Assembly (NCBI RefSeq): GCF_964213995.1
Contig: NC_135808.1
Span: forward strand, 50,282,001 to 50,346,000
Length of the DNA stretch: 64,000 bases
From: Mustelus asterias
Taxonomy: Eukaryota
Direction of reading: 5' to 3'
Under the pieces are notes generated by a model that searched no databases, was not told where the DNA came from, and worked only from the letters and a program-made list of their open reading frames with translations. The translations under genes were made by a program, and so were the position numbers. Positions 62,851-64,000 of the stretch are shown here, in pieces (the first letter of the stretch is position 1; each line of letters opens with the position of its first letter).

Positions 62851-64000
62851 TCAGCAGACATGCTCCCTTGGGATTGTCTGGGCTGTCCGTGGTCACGGCT
62901 TCATGCAGATTTGGCTGGACATTTTTTGGGGCAGATGTTCCTGATGTTAGTCGATGCCCATTCCAAGTGGCTGGACGATCAGCTCATGAGACCCATCACA
63001 GCTCCATTTACCATCGATAAACTGAGGCAGGTCTTTGTGATCCATGGTCTTCCTGAAGCGTTGCTATCAGACAGCGGAGCAGCATTCACGCTGATGAATT
63101 TCAGACTTTGGTCAAGTTTAATGACATTTGTCCTGTCAGGTCAGCCCCCGACCATCCTGCCTCGAATGGGTTGGTGGAGCGAGCCATGCTGACGTTCAAG
63201 GCTTCATGTGAAGCAGGTTCATAGGCCGTTCCATTGTGATTGGGCAGTTATTTGCTGTCATACAACACTACACCTCACGCCATCACTGGGGTCATGCTGA
63301 GGTCACACCTGCAGAGTTGTTAATGGGTCGGTGCCTGTGTACCTGTTTAGATTTAGTGTCTCCAAATTTGTCGGGGAGGGTGGAGGCTCGGCAAGCCTCT
63401 CAGAAAGAATATTGTGACTCTCAGAAAGGGGGCGGATTGTTTAATGATGGCGACCATGTGTTGAGAGGGAATTTGGGTGGCGGACCTGCCTGGGTACCAG
63501 GGAGAGTTGTGGAGAAGACGGGACCAGTCTCATATTTGGGGGAGACACAGGGCCGTTGAATTAAGGAGCATGTTGGCCACCTACGCAAGAGAGTAGAGCC
63601 AGTTCCAGGAGCTGAGCAAGTGGGCCCTGTATCCAGTTTGTGTGTAGCAGCCTCTGAACAAGACAGCTCCATGTCCATGGTGAGGCCAAGGCAGCCTCTG
63701 GCTTGGGTGGGTGAGTCAGAGGAAAGGGCCGTCCAGGGCCGAGCTCCAGAGGTGGTTAGCACGTCCACCCCATCAGTGGATCCTGTGTCGATGGCTGCTG
63801 AAGAGCCCCTGACAGAGTTGCAGCGTTCCGCAAGGTTCCGGAAATCTCTGGACCAGCTGACATTATGAACTGTCTTTCCCTGGTGTCCCTTCTGTAATAT
63901 TGTTGTTTCTCTGCCTCTGTGTTAACTGTTTTACTTTGCGTTTTATCATAGGGAGTCCAAGATGTTACGGGGGAAGGAGTGTGTGAGCCTGGCTCCTTTA

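Larger units (their letters stand above)
59350..64000 (+). mobile_element. Old Gypsy-like pol remnant (RNase H, integrase, PPT, 3' LTR start), interrupted by CR1, SINE, Penelope-like and Rex1-like insertions
   Basis: 'YGVGAVLSH...ERP..FA.RTLS..EK.YSQIDKE'; 'SNADALSRLP'; 'RMKVLARSYVWWPGID'; 'PWSRLHAD.AG'; purine tract 63968-63979 then TG. Confidence 0.8.

Overview
Eukaryotic DNA from a cartilaginous fish (shark), inferred from the Ig genes and from HE1/V-SINE, Deu-SINE and CR1-type repeats. The window holds two immunoglobulin kappa-type (NS4/type III-like) light-chain miniclusters in inverted, tail-to-tail orientation. Cluster B (minus strand, 47310->37569) looks complete and unrearranged: promoter, leader, V + 12-RSS, a ~32-copy 61-bp minisatellite, 23-RSS + J, and C. 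Cluster A (plus strand, 258->8402) keeps promoter, leader, 23-RSS, J, an open C exon and polyA sites, but its V exon and 12-RSS are deleted. Between the clusters lie a young, near full-length Gypsy LTR element (17519-22259), a decayed endogenous retrovirus (tRNA-Phe PBS, duplicated integrase tail, env fragment), many LINE/SINE fragments, and an assembly gap (34058-34216). Main leads: (i) the V-less cluster could encode an in-frame leader-C or leader-J-C 'surrogate-like' light chain, and/or supply an orphan J for inter-cluster rearrangement; (ii) a copy-number-variable, heptamer-rich minisatellite sits between the V and J RSSs; (iii) the Gypsy element has no tRNA PBS but a 15-nt self-complementary site and a YLDN RT motif, suggesting self-priming. 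All alignments were done by eye; TE boundaries are approximate unless a TSD is given.
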